42,996 nt of DNA, taken from assembly GCA_938091905.1 (NCBI GenBank), contig CALKOM010000017.1, positions 1-42,996 on the forward strand, written 5' to 3'. The notes beneath the pieces were generated by a model. It ran no database searches, had not been told where the DNA came from, and saw nothing but the letters and a program-made list of their open reading frames with translations. Source of the stretch: an uncultured Verrucomicrobiales bacterium (GTDB lineage Bacteria > Verrucomicrobiota > Verrucomicrobiia > Verrucomicrobiales > DEV007). The position numbers were made by a program, and so were the translations under genes. Below are positions 39,263-42,996 of the stretch, in pieces (position 1 is the first letter of the stretch; each line of letters begins with the position of its first letter).

Positions 39263-40231
39263 ATGAACCCGACTGTTCAGCCGTCGACTCTAGGCCAGCA
39301 CCTTCAAACACTAGCCCAGCGACCACTCGAAATAGCTCTCCTCGTCCTTTGGACTGGTCTCATTGCCTACTTCTTTGGCTTTCACCTCGCCTTCGGTCCC
39401 GCCCTCCAGGAATCAGCGCTCACACACCTGGAAAGCGCCTGGAATAGCGAAACCGAGTACGAACACGCTTATTTTATCCCATTCATCATGGTGGGCCTCC
39501 TCTGGATGGCCCGAAAAAAAATCGCAAGCGCGCCTCTGACAAGACAAGGAGCAAAACTAGGCCTCGTTCTACTGATTCTCGGAATCCTCTTCTATATCGC
39601 CTCCATACGCACCATCCAGTGGCGCGTCGCCATAGGCTCCTTGACGTTCGTTCTGTTTGGTTCAGCCCTCTACGGACTCGGATGGCGCGCCGCCAAGCAC
39701 TTCCTCTTCCCAATCGCCCTATTCTACTTCGCCGTTCCGGTCCCTGGCCTACTTCAAGGCACAAACCTCCTCCAACTCATTGCCACCAAGGCAGCCTATC
39801 AGGCTGGCTCTCTCTTCGGCGTTGACATGATCACCGCTGGCAACAATCTCGCTTCCGCCACTGACAAATGGGGCTTCGATGTTGCTGAAGGTTGCTCCGG
39901 CCTCCGCTCCCTCATGGCTCTCACGCTCGTCGGGGCCATCTACGCTTACACCACACAGACCAAACTTTGGAAGGGCCTAATACTCTTCGCCAGCACCATC
40001 CCACTTGCAATCATCGCCAACAGTCTCCGAATCACGACCATCGTCATCATTGCAGAGTACGTTGACGCTGACTTCGCAGGCGGCGTTTACCACGATTGGT
40101 CAGGATTTCTCTTCTTCCTCGCCTGCGGCCTTGCCGGGCTTATCCTTATCCACCGCTTCCTCGAAGCCTCCAGCCACAAAATCACTGCACGCCAGATCAC
40201 CCGCACTGCCACCCCGGGCATTGCCGAATAG
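39263..40231 (+). CDS. Exosortase (EpsH family)
   Basis: Multi-pass membrane protein; YEHAYFIP, VAEGCSGLRSL (Cys), NSLRI (Arg), YHD (His). Confidence 0.93.
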   Translation: MNPTVQPSTLGQHLQTLAQRPLEIALLVLWTGLIAYFFGFHLAFGPALQESALTHLESAWNSETEYEHAYFIPFIMVGLLWMARKKIASAPLTRQGAKLGLVLLILGILFYIASIRTIQWRVAIGSLTFVLFGSALYGLGWRAAKHFLFPIALFYFAVPVPGLLQGTNLLQLIATKAAYQAGSLFGVDMITAGNNLASATDKWGFDVAEGCSGLRSLMALTLVGAIYAYTTQTKLWKGLILFASTIPLAIIANSLRITTIVIIAEYVDADFAGGVYHDWSGFLFFLACGLAGLILIHRFLEASSHKITARQITRTATPGIAE

Positions 40232-40242
40232 ATTCAGCAAAG

Positions 40243-40917
40243 ATGAAACGCCTACTCATCCTCAACGCCATTGTCATGGTTGGCCTCGGCAGTATCTTTC
40301 TCTTACCAGCCTCGTCCAAGATCCAAGAGAGCGCGATTATTATGGATCTCCCTCCTTTCGTCGGCGACTGGTCCGCTGGCCCTAAAGAGGAAGCCTCCGA
40401 CAAAGTCAAAGATGTGCTCAAAGCCAAAGCCTACGAAAATCGCACCTATCGCAACGATCTCACCGGCCAGCTTGTCCACGTGAGCATCGTCCTATCTAGC
40501 GACAACGTGAATCAAAGCATTCATCGCCCTGAACGCTGTCTTCCCGCTCAAGGCCACAGTATTCTGAGCTCAGATTCCCTCGAAATTCCTGTCGAGCTGA
40601 ACGGCACAAAAAAACCGCTCCCAGTGACAAAACTGATCACTGAGATACGGTATCAAAAATCGGAGGACGATGAGCCCACCACGATGAATTCATCAAGCTA
40701 CTACTGGTTCATAGGAAAATCAGAATTCACAAACAATCACTTCGAACGGACTCGCATCGATATGGTCGATCGGCTCCTCCGTGGTTACACACAACGTTGG
40801 GCCTACATCAGTCTACAAACTCCACTAGACGACCTTCCAACGGGCTTCGACCCACACCAAGGTGTCGCCGATTTGATTCAAGAAATTGTTCCTGAAATCA
40901 TGCTCCTTGAGCGCTAA
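40243..40917 (+). CDS. Exosortase-associated EpsI family protein
   Basis: RTYRN, SIHRPERCLPAQG, YYWFIG, RWAYI; ATG at 40243. Confidence 0.88.
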   Translation: MKRLLILNAIVMVGLGSIFLLPASSKIQESAIIMDLPPFVGDWSAGPKEEASDKVKDVLKAKAYENRTYRNDLTGQLVHVSIVLSSDNVNQSIHRPERCLPAQGHSILSSDSLEIPVELNGTKKPLPVTKLITEIRYQKSEDDEPTTMNSSSYYWFIGKSEFTNNHFERTRIDMVDRLLRGYTQRWAYISLQTPLDDLPTGFDPHQGVADLIQEIVPEIMLLER

Positions 40918-40982
40918 AAAAACCCAAGCCTGTCGTTTTGATGACGTCATGACAGCCATGCTCAGGTCGTCTGAAAACAAAG

Positions 40983-42941
40983 TCAGGGCCTTTTGCCTAA
41001 CTCGCTGAGCCGCCCCCTCACAATCGCGATAAGCTGATGCCGTTCGACGTTTGATGTCTCTTCGAACCATGCCAGTTTCGACTTACTGAGAACGTCCGCT
41101 GCAGTCTCAAGCAGCTCAATCGCTCGAGAACGCTCTGTTTCATCGGAGACACCTAGGTCATTTGCCTCTCGGATCAGTGAGCGCGCCCATGCCAAATGGG
41201 ACTCCATTCGCATTGGAGCCACGCTCATTGCAAGTTTGCTAAGCTCTTTCGATCGTTCCTTATCCCCGATCTGATAGCTACATTCGGCTAGAGTCATGAT
41301 TGCCAACAGGTTTCTCGGATAAAGCTCCAATACCGTTTCAAGGCGGTCGGCAGCGCTCCCCAGAAATGACTTCCTAGCAAGCATGTTCTCAATCTGAAGA
41401 GCTCGCGCATAGGTATCTAGGCCGAGAATGAGGGGCGCTTGGTAATAGTTCTCATCAAGCTGAATCAATTCATTGAGGAGGCGTTGCGCTTCCAATGAGT
41501 CATCGTTACCCATTGCTAGCCGACCACGCTCGAAAAGCAAACCACCACGCAGGTGCATGCCTGGCAAACACACAATCATGCTACCTACCACAATGCATAA
41601 GATCCGCGACAAACGAGCACTGGACCTACCGACAACCATAGGTTTGGCATCGCCCACAACCCGCAGCATCAATCCTAGAATCAACCCAGTCACAAGCATG
41701 TTGAAGTTAGAATGTAGGATAAAGTCGAACCAACAATGAACTGCAATTGCACACAATCCTCCCAAAAGACCCACTGCTAGCGCTCGACTAGAACGGATGG
41801 TCGCTTCATCGCCCTCCCTTCGCCTTAGCTTCATGAAAAACATCGACTTCAACGCCACGATCAAACAGTAGAAAAAGAATCCGCTCACCAGCAAGAAGCC
41901 GACCACCCCATATTCGGCCAACAACTGCAACCAGTCGCTATGGGCAAACACCGGATTGCCAATGCCAAAATGTAGCGCTTCTGGCCAGTTGGTATGGCAA
42001 AGATACTCAAAGCTACGTGCACCCGCGCCAACGAATGGGACAGCCTGCCATTGACTTATCGCCATCTCCCAAAGCCCCATTCTTTCCTCTAGCCCAGCCG
42101 TCATACTATTCAGCCCTCTCAGCTCAAGCTGGCTAAAAGCCAATCCTATAAATAGCACGCACAGTCCAGCCACACCCACAGCACCAAGAACAGCCAGTCC
42201 TGCCCTGTGCAAACCACGTTCTCGTGTACTCAGAAAAAATCCAATCAAGCCCACAACCAAAGAACCACCACAGAAAGCAACCACTCCAAACCGACTACGA
42301 GACACAGCCACCAAGATTGCAAAAAGAATATACACGAAAAGCCATGCCCCACGAATCGCCAGTTTCGCTCTCCCCAATACTGCAATCGCTAAAACTAGGG
42401 GCCCAACCAGTTCTAAATAGCCTGCAAGATGGTTATGTAACACATAAAACCCACTGATACCGCCACCTCCAAGTGGACGAGTAAACCCCATCAAACTCAA
42501 GGGTATCCACTCGGGGTCAACTTTAAGCTGCCAAATTGCTGCCACGAAATTACCAAGCCCCAGACAAACTAACGCTAATACCACAATAGTTGCCCGACGA
42601 TCGGAATCGAAAACAAAGCGTCCAAAGAAGAGTCCAGCGAACAGGAGGCACAGTAAATACCAATCGTAACGGGCCAAAAGCGTGACCTGGCTAGAATAGA
42701 TACGCCAGGTAACATACACACCAACTGCAAACAATAGAACAAATCCAAAAGCAAGCCCCCGTGAGTTCTTTTGAAACGATCCTACCCCTCGACAACATAT
42801 TGACACACCTGCAAGCATCAAGGCGGGCACACACAACTCACCCTTGGTTCCTGTCGCCAGAATGCCAGCCCATAGCAGCGACAAGACAGCGAGCACCATT
42901 GCTAGCCCTTCAAATACTTTACTACCCCTTGACCCAAACAT
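40983..42941 (-). CDS. O-antigen ligase family membrane protein with C-terminal TPRs
   Basis: HNHLAGYL, SRSRFG, ERMGLW, GAGARSF, AHSDWLQLLAEYG, HCWFDF; TPR-like tail. Confidence 0.88.
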   Translation of the reverse strand: MFGSRGSKVFEGLAMVLAVLSLLWAGILATGTKGELCVPALMLAGVSICCRGVGSFQKNSRGLAFGFVLLFAVGVYVTWRIYSSQVTLLARYDWYLLCLLFAGLFFGRFVFDSDRRATIVVLALVCLGLGNFVAAIWQLKVDPEWIPLSLMGFTRPLGGGGISGFYVLHNHLAGYLELVGPLVLAIAVLGRAKLAIRGAWLFVYILFAILVAVSRSRFGVVAFCGGSLVVGLIGFFLSTRERGLHRAGLAVLGAVGVAGLCVLFIGLAFSQLELRGLNSMTAGLEERMGLWEMAISQWQAVPFVGAGARSFEYLCHTNWPEALHFGIGNPVFAHSDWLQLLAEYGVVGFLLVSGFFFYCLIVALKSMFFMKLRRREGDEATIRSSRALAVGLLGGLCAIAVHCWFDFILHSNFNMLVTGLILGLMLRVVGDAKPMVVGRSSARLSRILCIVVGSMIVCLPGMHLRGGLLFERGRLAMGNDDSLEAQRLLNELIQLDENYYQAPLILGLDTYARALQIENMLARKSFLGSAADRLETVLELYPRNLLAIMTLAECSYQIGDKERSKELSKLAMSVAPMRMESHLAWARSLIREANDLGVSDETERSRAIELLETAADVLSKSKLAWFEETSNVERHQLIAIVRGRLSELGKRP

Positions 42942-42996
42942 GACTAAGAAAACGGCGATACTCTCATATACAGATTATTAGATCGAAACCTCTTGC

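Noticed and set aside
39263..40917. Exosortase/EpsI pair as a novel system
   Set aside because: A well-known pairing; no PEP-CTERM substrate is visible in this window.

Overview
Bacterial chromosomal window, most likely Verrucomicrobiota (inferred from gene content: split pntAA/pntAB/pntB, exosortase+EpsI, several FG-GAP/ASPIC-UnbV proteins, S-x-D-L-x-x-W C-terminal motifs). Genetic code 11: TGA is an ordinary stop for many genes. It contains housekeeping genes (pnt, purT, tRNA-Leu, leuA, lpxA, secG, prs), peptidoglycan-remodelling genes, a surface-polysaccharide/exosortase block, the end of an IS5-family element and one decayed gene. Best finding: the two minus-strand ORFs at 15768-17576 and 13929-15665 are one reading frame split by a single in-frame TGA. 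That TGA is followed, after an 11-nt spacer, by a 17-nt hairpin with a GGUCA loop, the geometry of the E. coli fdhF SECIS. This predicts a ~1215-aa exported selenoprotein (FG-GAP propeller-Sec-ASPIC/UnbV-thioredoxin-TPR). Also notable: a Leu-rich leader-peptide attenuator upstream of leuA, a nuclease-ligase fusion, and a degenerate acyltransferase-GT9 fusion. All calls come from reading the sequence and motifs; no database search was run.
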